DNA of 16,636 nucleotides, from contig JADFSZ010000013.1 of the NCBI GenBank assembly GCA_022560555.1, positions 1-16,636 of the forward strand, in the 5' to 3' direction. A model generated the notes under the pieces. It ran no database searches and was not told where the DNA came from. It was given only the letters and a program-made list of their open reading frames with translations. Shown piece by piece: positions 6,497-15,040 of the stretch. Made by a program: the position numbers and the translations under genes. How positions within the stretch are numbered: the first letter of the stretch is position 1; each line of letters starts with the position of its first letter. The stretch is from PVC group bacterium. Its GTDB lineage: Bacteria; GCA-001730085; JADFSZ01.

Positions 6497-8065
6497 TTAT
6501 TTGGCATACTCAACAGATCGAGTCTCTCGAATGACCACAACTTTGATTTGTCCGGGATACGCAACTTCCTCCTCAAGTTTTTTGGCAATATTTCGCGCAA
6601 TCAAGGGAGAATCCGGATCTCCGATTTCGTCCGGTTTGACAACAACCCGAATCTCACGGCCGGCCTGAATAGCATGAACCTTTTCGATTCCGCGGAACGA
6701 TTCGGCAATTTGCTCGATTTTGGCCATGCGTTTTATATAGGCTTCCAATGTGTCACGCCTGGCCCCGGGCCGGGCGGCCGACATGGCATCCGCCGCGGCT
6801 ACCAACACCGCCATCAATGTTTCAGGCTCTTCTTCCCCATGATGACTCGCAACCGCGTTGCAAATCTCCGGAATTTCTCCGTATTTACGGCAGAGATTCC
6901 CGCCAATCACGGCGTGGGATCCTTCAACTTCATGATCAACAGCTTTGCCTATATCATGCAGAAACCCGGCACGGCGACACAACTGAATATCAACTCCAAG
7001 CTCACCGGCCATCGTTCCCATAAGATAGGCGATTTCTTTGCTATGTCTCAGAATGTTTTGCCCGTAACTGGTACGATATTTAAGACGTCCCATCAGACGA
7101 ATGAGCTCTGGGTTCATGCCCCGCAGACCCAATTCCAGCGCCGCCTGCTGCCCGTCTTCAACCATCTTTTCTTCGATTTCGTTCCGTGTTTTTTCAACAA
7201 CTTCCTCAATGCGTGCAGGATGTATACGGCCGTCAGATATCAGCTTTTCTAAACTGATCCGGGCGATTTCCCTCCGGACTTTGTTAAACCCGGAAATAAT
7301 CACCGCTTCGGGCGTATCATCAATGATCACATCGATCCCCGTGGCGGATTCAAAAGCACGAATATTCCGGCCCTCCCGGCCGATAATACGGCCCTTCATC
7401 TCATCATTGGGCAAATGCACAACGGAAACAGTCGTCTCTACCACATGCTCCGCGGCGTATTTCTGGATCGCGAGACCGACAATGTTCCTCGCGCGTTTCT
7501 TTGATGTTTCCCGCGTCTCATCTTCGACCTGTTTGACAATAATAGCGGCCTCATGCTTAACATCATCTTCGATCTTTTCCAATAAAAGCTTTTTTGCTTC
7601 CTGTGAACTCACACCGGAAATTCTTTCCAGTTCCCGCTTTTCTTCACTGATCAGGCAATCAATTTCTTTTGATCGCGTATCAATTTTAGTCTCCGCTTCT
7701 TTAACCGTCTTTTCCTTCTCGTCCAAATCATAAATCTTCTTATCAAGATATTCAAGACGCTTATCAAGATTAGTCTCTTTTTGCGCTAAACGTCTCTCGT
7801 ATTCGAGAAGCTCTTGCTTGCGGGTTTTGGTTGATTCATCAAATTCCGCCGTTGCTTTCAATTTCCAATCTTTTAACTCAAATTCAGCTTCTTTGCGCCG
7901 TGAATCAATCTCCTTTTCGGTTTCATCTTTAACACGCGTAATGTAATTTTCTGTATCCTTAATTTTCCGGCTAGTTAGAAATTTTCGCAGATAAAAACCG
8001 ATGAAAAAGAAAATGACGCCACAGACAAGGACCGTTAGGGCAAACCAAAACACAATCTGCTGCAA
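6497..8065 (-). CDS. rny: Ribonuclease Y
   Basis: 522 aa. It has an N-terminal transmembrane helix, a coiled-coil region, a KH domain ([15 protein letters not shown]) and an HD domain (HSKEIAYL...LHDIGK). The start is TTG, with AAGGGGGUG 6 nt upstream. Confidence 0.95.
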   Translation of the reverse strand: MQQIVFWFALTVLVCGVIFFFIGFYLRKFLTSRKIKDTENYITRVKDETEKEIDSRRKEAEFELKDWKLKATAEFDESTKTRKQELLEYERRLAQKETNLDKRLEYLDKKIYDLDEKEKTVKEAETKIDTRSKEIDCLISEEKRELERISGVSSQEAKKLLLEKIEDDVKHEAAIIVKQVEDETRETSKKRARNIVGLAIQKYAAEHVVETTVSVVHLPNDEMKGRIIGREGRNIRAFESATGIDVIIDDTPEAVIISGFNKVRREIARISLEKLISDGRIHPARIEEVVEKTRNEIEEKMVEDGQQAALELGLRGMNPELIRLMGRLKYRTSYGQNILRHSKEIAYLMGTMAGELGVDIQLCRRAGFLHDIGKAVDHEVEGSHAVIGGNLCRKYGEIPEICNAVASHHGEEEPETLMAVLVAAADAMSAARPGARRDTLEAYIKRMAKIEQIAESFRGIEKVHAIQAGREIRVVVKPDEIGDPDSPLIARNIAKKLEEEVAYPGQIKVVVIRETRSVEYAK

Positions 8066-8072
8066 ATGAATA

Positions 8073-8118
8073 CACCCCCTTCATATCAATCAATCGATCA
8101 TTGGACATAAAGGAGGTG
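8073..8118 (-). promoter_or_regulatory. Predicted hairpin sequestering the rny Shine-Dalgarno
   Basis: On the minus-strand RNA, CACCUCCUUU (8118-8109) pairs with GAAGGGGGUG (8082-8073). That is 10 bp: 8 Watson-Crick and 2 G.U, with a 26-nt loop. Both non-Watson-Crick positions would be C.A mismatches on the plus strand. Confidence 0.4.
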
Positions 8119-8464
8119 ATAATTTTTTTATCTTCGCTGAAAAGTCTTAAATAAAAAAATAGGTCAACGAATTAAGAACAGTTTTTAGATTCACTCGAAT
8201 TCGGAAATGCACGTCCATATCTTGATTTTGAATATGGTGATCAAATAATTGCCACCTGAGTATTGGGTCATCATGATTTTCACTTGAGTCGCTTTGCATC
8301 ACGTTGATTCAGGGTAAACTTCTTCAAAAACAGGAGTGCATTCGCATTCTAAAACTGTAACTCTATTTCCCACAATATGTTAACAATAGATTTTAACTGA
8401 CTTTTTGTTAGACTTTTGTCCTTGGTTAGTAATCGGTAGTAATAGGCTCTCTTTTAGACATAAA

Positions 8465-8493
8465 ATTATAAAGCATGTTGCGGCGGATGTCAA
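8465..8493 (-). promoter_or_regulatory. Perfect-consensus sigma70 promoter overlapping the epimerase stop codon
   Basis: Minus strand reads gtcgtagTTGACAtccgccgcaacatgcttTATAATttta. The -35 TTGACA is at 8493-8488, the spacer is exactly 17 nt, and the -10 TATAAT is at 8470-8465. The predicted TSS is near 8459. Confidence 0.65.
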
Positions 8494-9440
8494 CTACGAC
8501 AATACGGGCTCTTCTGATACCAAAGAATCGTTTTCTTAATCCCTTCTTCCAGACCAACACTTGGCTTGTACCCCAATAATCTCTTGGCCTTACGAATATC
8601 CGCATGGGAGTGCTTCACATCTCCGACTCGCGGGGCAGCATAACGAAAAGAAACATCCGTTTTGATATGCCTCTTGAGAATACGTCCCAATGTGTTTAAA
8701 TCAACACGGCTTCCACAACCAATATTATAGACTTCACCCAGAGCCTTTCGGGGCGCCCGACACGCCTTCAAGTTGGCTAAAACCACATTTTGGACATAGG
8801 TAAAATCACGGCTCTGAAAGCCATCTCCATAAATGGTGGGAGCCTTTCCATCCAACAACGATACAATGAATTTAGGAATCGCGGCCGCGTAAAACGACGC
8901 GGGATCCTGATAAGGGCCGAACACATTAAAATATCTGAGGCCAATAACCGGAACCTTGTATAGGTCATAAAACATTTTCGCGTATTGCTCGTTGTTTAAC
9001 TTTTGAAGAGCATACGGAGATAACGGGCTTGGAATAATCTTTTCGTGTTTGGGCAACACTTTTGTATCCCCATAAACGGCCGATGAGGATGCGTACACAA
9101 CACGTTTAATTCTTGACTCTTTCGCGGCAAAAAAGATATTAAATGTTCCGTTGATGTTCATATCATGACTTTTATCCGGATGCTCACAAGACAACGGAAC
9201 GGACGGCAACGCCGCCAGATGAATACAATAGTCTACACCGCGCATCGCGCGTTTTACCGTCTTCAAATTACGGATATCTCCCTTGATAAATTGGATTTTT
9301 TTACCGCATTCCGAAAGATTTTTCGCGGATCCCGTCAGCAAATTATCCAAAACGACAACGCGATGCTTTTTGGCTACCAACGCGTGAACAACATTTGAGC
9401 CTATAAAACCCGCTCCGCCTGTCACAAGAAATTTTGCCAT
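8490..9440 (-). CDS. NAD-dependent nucleotide-sugar epimerase (SDR family; WbpP/TviC-like UDP-hexose or UDP-HexNAc(A) 4-epimerase)
   Basis: 316 aa. Rossmann motif TGGAGFIGS, catalytic YxxxK (SPYALQKL), and length and layout typical of extended SDR epimerases. Confidence 0.85.
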   Translation of the reverse strand: MAKFLVTGGAGFIGSNVVHALVAKKHRVVVLDNLLTGSAKNLSECGKKIQFIKGDIRNLKTVKRAMRGVDYCIHLAALPSVPLSCEHPDKSHDMNINGTFNIFFAAKESRIKRVVYASSSAVYGDTKVLPKHEKIIPSPLSPYALQKLNNEQYAKMFYDLYKVPVIGLRYFNVFGPYQDPASFYAAAIPKFIVSLLDGKAPTIYGDGFQSRDFTYVQNVVLANLKACRAPRKALGEVYNIGCGSRVDLNTLGRILKRHIKTDVSFRYAAPRVGDVKHSHADIRKAKRLLGYKPSVGLEEGIKKTILWYQKSPYCRS

Positions 9441-9454
9441 ATTGGTATTGTGTC

Positions 9455-10756
9455 CTATATAAGTACTATTTTGCTACTCTTAATGCCTTTCGTGATATAA
9501 CGCGTATCAATCAGCATGGAGCAGTTTTTGACAATGTTTTTGATTTGTTTTTTATAAGCCAAGTGGTCTGTAATCAGCAAAACACAATCCATCGATTTTA
9601 AATTTGCAGGCGTGGGCTTTTTATAAACACCCTGAATATGTCCATCCATTTTGGCATAATAAGGATCATGGATAAAGATTTTTGCTCCTTTGGTATTAAG
9701 AGCGCTAATAATATCAAGGGCCGGGGATTCCCGGATATCATGAACATCTTTTTTATACGCAAGACCCAGTATATAGATCTTCGCGCTTTTGATGGATTTG
9801 CGCCTTTCATTCAGGGCCTCAATGGTTTTTTGAATCACATACTGCGGCATCATGCGATTGATCTGGCTTGCCAGATCAATAAACCTGGCCTCAAAATCAA
9901 ACATACGGGCCTTCCAAGACAAATACAATGGATCAATAGGAATGCAATGACCGCCTAATCCCGGGCCGGGATAAAAGGGCATAAAACCAAAGGGCTTTGT
10001 CGCGGCCGCCTCTATCACTTCCCAGACATTGATATTCATCTTGTCGCACATCATCGCGAGCTCATTGACAAGACCAATATTCACAATGCGAAACGTGTTC
10101 TCAAGGAGCTTTACCATCTCCGCGCTTTGGGTGGATGACACTTGAATCACCTTAGGAATAATATTTTGATAGAGCGCGGCCGCGATTTTCGTAGATAAGG
10201 GGTCAATCCCTCCGACCACTTTAGGGATATCTTTGGTTTTATAATTTTTATTGCCCGGATCAACACGTTCGGGAGAAAAAACCAGTAAAAAATCTTTTTT
10301 CGGAACAAGACCAGCGTCCATCAGCATTTGCGCGATCACTTCGTCCGTCGTCCCCGGATATGTAGTGCTTTCTAAAATGATAAGACGTTTTTTAGCATTT
10401 AAAGATAAGATACTCTCTACGGCCTGAATGATATAAGACACATCCGGCTCTCTCGTCTTTCTTAAAGGGGTCGGAACACAAATAATGACAACATCCGTAT
10501 CATTCAAGGCCGAAGTGTCGCTGAAGGGCATAAATGTCTTTCGCTTTAGGGTGCTTTTGACTTCCGTATCTTTCACATCACCGACATAGGACTTTCCACG
10601 GCAAAGAGAGGACACCTTTTCTTCGTTTAAATCAACGCCCTTGACACGAAACCCTTTTTTGGCAAATTCCAACGCGAGTGGCAGCCCCACATACCCAAGC
10701 CCGATCACGCCGATAACAGCTTTCTTCTTTTTGATTTTTTCCAATAAAAATTTCAT
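9455..10756 (-). CDS. Nucleotide-sugar dehydrogenase (UDP-N-acetyl-hexosamine 6-dehydrogenase family; WbpO/TviB/WecC-like)
   Basis: 433 aa. VIGLGYVGLPLALEFAKKGF is the N-terminal Rossmann fold, and GGHCIPIDP holds the catalytic Cys. Its ATGA overlaps the ugd stop. Confidence 0.85.
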   Translation of the reverse strand: MKFLLEKIKKKKAVIGVIGLGYVGLPLALEFAKKGFRVKGVDLNEEKVSSLCRGKSYVGDVKDTEVKSTLKRKTFMPFSDTSALNDTDVVIICVPTPLRKTREPDVSYIIQAVESILSLNAKKRLIILESTTYPGTTDEVIAQMLMDAGLVPKKDFLLVFSPERVDPGNKNYKTKDIPKVVGGIDPLSTKIAAALYQNIIPKVIQVSSTQSAEMVKLLENTFRIVNIGLVNELAMMCDKMNINVWEVIEAAATKPFGFMPFYPGPGLGGHCIPIDPLYLSWKARMFDFEARFIDLASQINRMMPQYVIQKTIEALNERRKSIKSAKIYILGLAYKKDVHDIRESPALDIISALNTKGAKIFIHDPYYAKMDGHIQGVYKKPTPANLKSMDCVLLITDHLAYKKQIKNIVKNCSMLIDTRYITKGIKSSKIVLI

Positions 10757-12075
10757 AGTCTTACCTTCATTTTCTCAAAATTTGTTTTTCGCCCGATACT
10801 GATATATTGTAATTGATGCTCTTCCATTTGAAAAGGCTCATATATATTCCGCCCATCAATCACGAGAGGATTTTTTAATTCCCTCTTTATACGATGTAAA
10901 TCCAAGCCCTTAAATTCCGGCCATTCCGTTAAAATAACAAGAACATCACAATCTCTGGCCGCCTCATACGGGTTGTGAACATAGGTCAAATCCGGAAATA
11001 TTGACCGGGCTTTTTCTATCGCCTCCGGATCATAGGCTTTGATCCTCGCCCCTCGTTTTAACAAAAATTTAATCACATCAATGGAAGGAGCATTTCTCAT
11101 ATCATCTGTGTTCGGCTTATAGGCGAGGCCCCAAATGCCAATTTTTTTCCCATTGAGATCACCGAGAGCATCTTCGATTTTTTTACAAAACATTGTTCGC
11201 TGATTTTTATTGATTTTTTCTACCTCAGAGAGCAGCCCAAAATCATACCCTAAATCCTTCGCGATCCGGCGGAAAGCAGCAACATCTTTCGGGAAACATT
11301 CGCCCCCATAGCCGATTCCAACACCAAAAAACTTTGTCCCGATCCTTGGATCAAATCCCATACCCTGAACCACTTCTTTAACGTCCGCGCCGGACAACTC
11401 GCATATATTTGCCAAAGCATTCGCGAAAGATATCTTCGTCGCTAAAAACGAATTGGATGCGTGTTTAATCATTTCCGCGCTACGGATATCCGTTGTAAAT
11501 ATTTTCTTCTGAAACGGACTATACAAATCCGTTAATATCTTCTTGGCTTTCTCACTTTCAACACCAATAATAATTCGATCCGGATTCAAAAAGTCCTTAA
11601 CGGCGGATCCTTCGCACAAAAACTCCGGGTTGGATGCCACATCAAAAGAACAGGAGGATTTTAAAGATTCTTTAATGGTCTTAAAAACCCATTCGCATGT
11701 TTTAACAGGAACAGTGCTTTTCTCCACAATGACTTTATATCCATTTAGATTTTCGGCTATCTCCCTCGAAACTTTTTCTATATAGGTAAGGTCCGCTCCC
11801 CCATCGGGAAGAGGAGGTGTCTGCACACAGATAAAAACAACCAAACTGTCCTGGATGCTTGTTTTTATGTCTGTCGAAAATTCCAAACGTCCTTCATTCC
11901 TATTCCGTTCGATAAGCTCCTTGAGTCCCGGCTCATAGATCGGCATACCGCCTTGAATGAGTTCGTTGATCTTGCCTTCATCATGATCCACACAAATGAC
12001 ATCATTGCCCATACTGGCCAAACACGTGCCGGTCACTAAGCCAACGTAGCCCGTTCCTATAATGGTGATTTTCAC
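10753..12075 (-). CDS. ugd: UDP-glucose 6-dehydrogenase
   Basis: 440 aa. (M)KITIIGTGYVGLVTGTCLA, GYGGECFPKDV (catalytic Cys) and GLAYKPNTDDMRNAP. The start is GTG, in a GTGA overlap with the gatA stop. Confidence 0.9.
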   Translation of the reverse strand: MKITIIGTGYVGLVTGTCLASMGNDVICVDHDEGKINELIQGGMPIYEPGLKELIERNRNEGRLEFSTDIKTSIQDSLVVFICVQTPPLPDGGADLTYIEKVSREIAENLNGYKVIVEKSTVPVKTCEWVFKTIKESLKSSCSFDVASNPEFLCEGSAVKDFLNPDRIIIGVESEKAKKILTDLYSPFQKKIFTTDIRSAEMIKHASNSFLATKISFANALANICELSGADVKEVVQGMGFDPRIGTKFFGVGIGYGGECFPKDVAAFRRIAKDLGYDFGLLSEVEKINKNQRTMFCKKIEDALGDLNGKKIGIWGLAYKPNTDDMRNAPSIDVIKFLLKRGARIKAYDPEAIEKARSIFPDLTYVHNPYEAARDCDVLVILTEWPEFKGLDLHRIKRELKNPLVIDGRNIYEPFQMEEHQLQYISIGRKTNFEKMKVRL

Positions 12076-13541
12076 GCGGAACTTTCGGTTTCAAATTTTG
12101 GTTTCTGCTTGTGGTGATCGGTGGCCTGTTCATAAGCGTGGGCGGCTTCTAAAACAGCACTTTCTTCAAAAGCCCGGCCTAAAAGCTGTAACCCGACAGG
12201 AAGTCCTGACTTGTCAAAACCACACGGGAGTGAGATCCCGGGTAATCCGGCTAAATTGGCAGAAATCGTAAACACATCAGACAAATACATATTGAGAGGG
12301 TCATCCGTCTTTTCTCCCAAACGAAAGGCCGTTGTCGGAGAAGTCGGCGTTAAGACGAGGTCAACCGCTTCAAACGCCTTGTCAAAATCCTGTTTGATCA
12401 AAGTCCGAGCCTTTTGCGCCTTCAAATAATAAGCATCGTAATACCCTGAACTCAAAGCATAGGTTCCCAAAAGGATTCTTCTCTTCACTTCCGGGCCAAA
12501 CCCTTGACCACGCGTTTCTTTGTACATGTCTTTCAACCCTAATTTTCCGCTCGCCCGATACCCATATTCAACACCGTCATAACGAGCTAAATTTGAACTG
12601 GCTTCCGCCGTTGCGATAATATAGTAGACAGCAATACAGTACTCGGTATGCGGCAATGTGATCTCACTCATATGAGCACCCAGTTTTTCATAAACATCAA
12701 TGGTATCTTTAATGGATTTTTTAACTTCCGGATCTACCCCCTCGATAAAATACTCTTTCGGAACACCGATCTTCACACCTTTTACGCCTTTTTCTATAGC
12801 GTTCGTATACAACGGAGGCTCTTTGTCAACAGAGGTCGCATCCATCGGATCTTTCCCGGAAATAACTTCCAATAATAAAGCCGCGTCACGAACGTTTTTA
12901 CTAAACGGGCCAATCTGGTCCAACGAAGACGCAAACGCGACCAAACCGTACCGCGACACACGGCCATAAGTCGGCTTCATCCCCACCACACCGCAAAAAG
13001 ATGCCGGCTGGCGAATTGATCCTCCTGTATCGGAGCCCAAACCTAAAACGACCTCGTCTCCTGCCACAGCCACGGCGGATCCCCCGGACGATCCTCCGGG
13101 AGCACGAGTGATATCCCAGGGATTTCGACTGGCACCAAACGCGGAATTTTCCGTGGATGATCCCATCGCAAATTCATCAAGATTAGTTTTCCCGATTATG
13201 ATAGCATCCTCGGCCTTCAGCTTCTCGACAACAGTGGCATTATAGGGCGACATATATCCCTCGAGTATTTTCGACGAACACGTTGTCGGCATCCCGATGG
13301 TCATAAGATTATCTTTAATAGCAATCGGAACACCTGCTAATTTCCCAAGCGATTGACCTTTGGCCCTTTTTTGGTCAATCCGTTCGGCCTCTTTAAGAGA
13401 CGCGGCTTCATTGAGCGCGAGAAAAGCTTTGAGATGAGAATCCTTATCACGAATTGTCTGAAAAACATCTTTGATACAGTCAACAGTAGATATTTCTTTG
13501 CTAGTGTATTTTTCCTGCAGACTTTGCACGCTTAATTCCAT
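12072..13541 (-). CDS. gatA: Asp-tRNA(Asn)/Glu-tRNA(Gln) amidotransferase subunit A
   Basis: 489 aa. It carries the amidase signature GGSSGGSAVAVA and GVPIAIKDNL. Length is typical. Confidence 0.95.
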   Translation of the reverse strand: MELSVQSLQEKYTSKEISTVDCIKDVFQTIRDKDSHLKAFLALNEAASLKEAERIDQKRAKGQSLGKLAGVPIAIKDNLMTIGMPTTCSSKILEGYMSPYNATVVEKLKAEDAIIIGKTNLDEFAMGSSTENSAFGASRNPWDITRAPGGSSGGSAVAVAGDEVVLGLGSDTGGSIRQPASFCGVVGMKPTYGRVSRYGLVAFASSLDQIGPFSKNVRDAALLLEVISGKDPMDATSVDKEPPLYTNAIEKGVKGVKIGVPKEYFIEGVDPEVKKSIKDTIDVYEKLGAHMSEITLPHTEYCIAVYYIIATAEASSNLARYDGVEYGYRASGKLGLKDMYKETRGQGFGPEVKRRILLGTYALSSGYYDAYYLKAQKARTLIKQDFDKAFEAVDLVLTPTSPTTAFRLGEKTDDPLNMYLSDVFTISANLAGLPGISLPCGFDKSGLPVGLQLLGRAFEESAVLEAAHAYEQATDHHKQKPKFETESSA

Positions 13542-13552
13542 AATAGAAAGGC

Positions 13553-13840
13553 CTATTCGATAACCGGAGGAACCAGAAAAAATCCGTCTTGCTGTTTTGG
13601 CGCTTGATTCAAGACCTGATCACGGTTGACACTCGGTTTAATTTCATCTTTGCGAAAAACATTTTCAAGATCAAGGACATGGTCCATCGGCAACACATTT
13701 GTTGTGTCCAATTCATTCAGTTTTTCAATGTATTTTAGAATGCTTTCGAGCTGACCTAGATACAATGTCTTTTCCTTTTCTGACAATTGGACATGCGCGA
13801 GAGTGGACGTATACTCTATATCTTTTTTAGAGAGAGGCAT
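13553..13840 (-). CDS. gatC: Asp-tRNA(Asn)/Glu-tRNA(Gln) amidotransferase subunit C
   Basis: 95 aa. It lies immediately upstream of gatA (11-nt gap) and has a GatC-like sequence (LAHVQLSEKE...LNELDT...P). Confidence 0.9.
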   Translation of the reverse strand: MPLSKKDIEYTSTLAHVQLSEKEKTLYLGQLESILKYIEKLNELDTTNVLPMDHVLDLENVFRKDEIKPSVNRDQVLNQAPKQQDGFFLVPPVIE

Positions 13841-13848
13841 AGGTCCCT

Positions 13849-14103
13849 TCAGGTTTCGATCCTGGTAATATCATAGGAATATTGTTCAATCACAGGATTG
13901 ACAAGAAGCTTTTGACACATATTCTTCAGGATGTCTTCGGCTTCTTTTGCACTCTTAGAATTTAATTTGATTTCCATGTATTTCCCCAAGCGCACATCCT
14001 CAACACCTTGGAATGCGAGACTTTTGAGGGCATTTTGAACCGTGACCCCCTGGGGATCCAACACGCTCTTTTTCAATGTGACATAAACCTTTGCTAAAAA
14101 CAT
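13849..14103 (-). CDS. purS: Phosphoribosylformylglycinamidine synthase subunit PurS
   Basis: MFLAKVYVTLKKSVLDPQGVTVQNALKSLAFQGVEDVRLGKYMEI matches the PurS pattern. The start is moved to Met16 (ATG 14103-14101), preceded by GAGGAAGG. The longer track ORF would overlap purC. Confidence 0.85.
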   Translation of the reverse strand: MFLAKVYVTLKKSVLDPQGVTVQNALKSLAFQGVEDVRLGKYMEIKLNSKSAKEAEDILKNMCQKLLVNPVIEQYSYDITRIET

Positions 14104-14131
14104 AAGATGCCTTCCTCTATCGGTGCCTTTT

Positions 14132-15040
14132 TTACAGCTGACACGCATATCCGGTTAATTGTTGAAAAACCGCTAAGTATCTTTCGGATGTCTTTTCTAC
14201 AATATCTACCGGCAAAGCCGGGGCCGGAGGTGTTTTGTCCCAGTCGAGAGCGTTTAAATAATCCCGCACAAACTGCTTATCAAAATTGGGTTGACTTTGA
14301 CCCGGCCGGTATTCATCCAAGGGCCAAAAACGGGATGAATCCGGAGTGAGAACTTCATCGATCAGGATAATATCCCCGTTGTCATCAAGGCCAAACTCGA
14401 ATTTTGTATCCGCAATGATGATCCCCTTTTCAAATGCCAAGTCCCTGGCAAACCGATAAATCTCAAGACTTTTATTTTTGAGATAGGCCCCTGTTTCTTT
14501 GCCGACAATATCACACATGACCTGAAAAGAAATATTCTCGTCATGACCCGTATCCGCCTTTGTGGCCGGTGTAAAAATGGGTTCTTCAAGTTTGGATGAT
14601 TCGACCAAGCCTTTCGGAAGAACTTCTCCGCATACGGTTTGGGATTTTTGGTATTCTTTCCATCCGGATCCGGCCAAATATCCCCTCACAACACATTCCA
14701 CGGGAAACACCTTTGTTTTCTTCACAAGCATGCTTCTTCCCTTCAAGAGGTCTTTGTAGTCACTGAGCTCTTTGGGAAATTCATCGGGATTCATCGTGAT
14801 TAAATGATTCTTAACCACGCTTTTCAGTTGAAAAAACCAAAATTGAGAGATTTTGCTCAGCACGATCCCTTTGCCGGGAATTCCGTTCGGACATACGCAG
14901 TCAAACGCAGAAATACGGTCCGTCGCAACAATAAGGAGTTTATCCTCAATTTCATAGACATCCCGAACTTTTCCTTTTCGAAATTCTTTGACTCCTTCAA
15001 AATTTGTTTCAAGTACGGCTTCCATATGCTGCGTGCTCAT
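14132..15040 (-). CDS. purC: Phosphoribosylaminoimidazole-succinocarboxamide (SAICAR) synthase, long form
   Basis: 302 aa. GKVRDVYEIEDKLLIVATDRISAFD and LIDEVLTPDSSRFW. Its ATGA overlaps the purB stop. Confidence 0.95.
   Translation of the reverse strand: MSTQHMEAVLETNFEGVKEFRKGKVRDVYEIEDKLLIVATDRISAFDCVCPNGIPGKGIVLSKISQFWFFQLKSVVKNHLITMNPDEFPKELSDYKDLLKGRSMLVKKTKVFPVECVVRGYLAGSGWKEYQKSQTVCGEVLPKGLVESSKLEEPIFTPATKADTGHDENISFQVMCDIVGKETGAYLKNKSLEIYRFARDLAFEKGIIIADTKFEFGLDDNGDIILIDEVLTPDSSRFWPLDEYRPGQSQPNFDKQFVRDYLNALDWDKTPPAPALPVDIVEKTSERYLAVFQQLTGYACQL

Noticed and set aside
6461-7733. Long plus-strand ORFs 6461..7252, 6748..7023 and 7101..7733
   Set aside because: They are antisense shadows of the well-supported rny gene. 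Their translations are low-complexity (S/R/P/F-rich) with no recognisable domains.
8109-8160. Perfect plus-strand Shine-Dalgarno AAAGGAGGTGAT, suggesting a small plus-strand gene
   Set aside because: No ATG, GTG or TTG lies at a workable distance. The best option is a 10-codon ATT-initiated frame. The sequence is better explained as the DNA complement of the anti-SD arm in the rny leader.
8330-8350. GTTTTAGA (minus strand) resembling the start of a type II CRISPR repeat
   Set aside because: It is a single occurrence, with no repeat-spacer periodicity anywhere in the window.
8426-8461. An 11-codon minus-strand mini-ORF (MSKREPITTDY*) whose ATG lies 3 nt after the consensus -10; possible leaderless peptide
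   Set aside because: It is too short and has no supporting signal. The ATG is closer to the -10 than a typical TSS. It is noted only as something ribosome profiling could test.
14104-14148. 5' extension of purS (MRVSCKKGTDRGRHL)
   Set aside because: It overlaps the purC 3' end. PurS homology starts at MFLAKVYV, and GAGGAAGG precedes that ATG.
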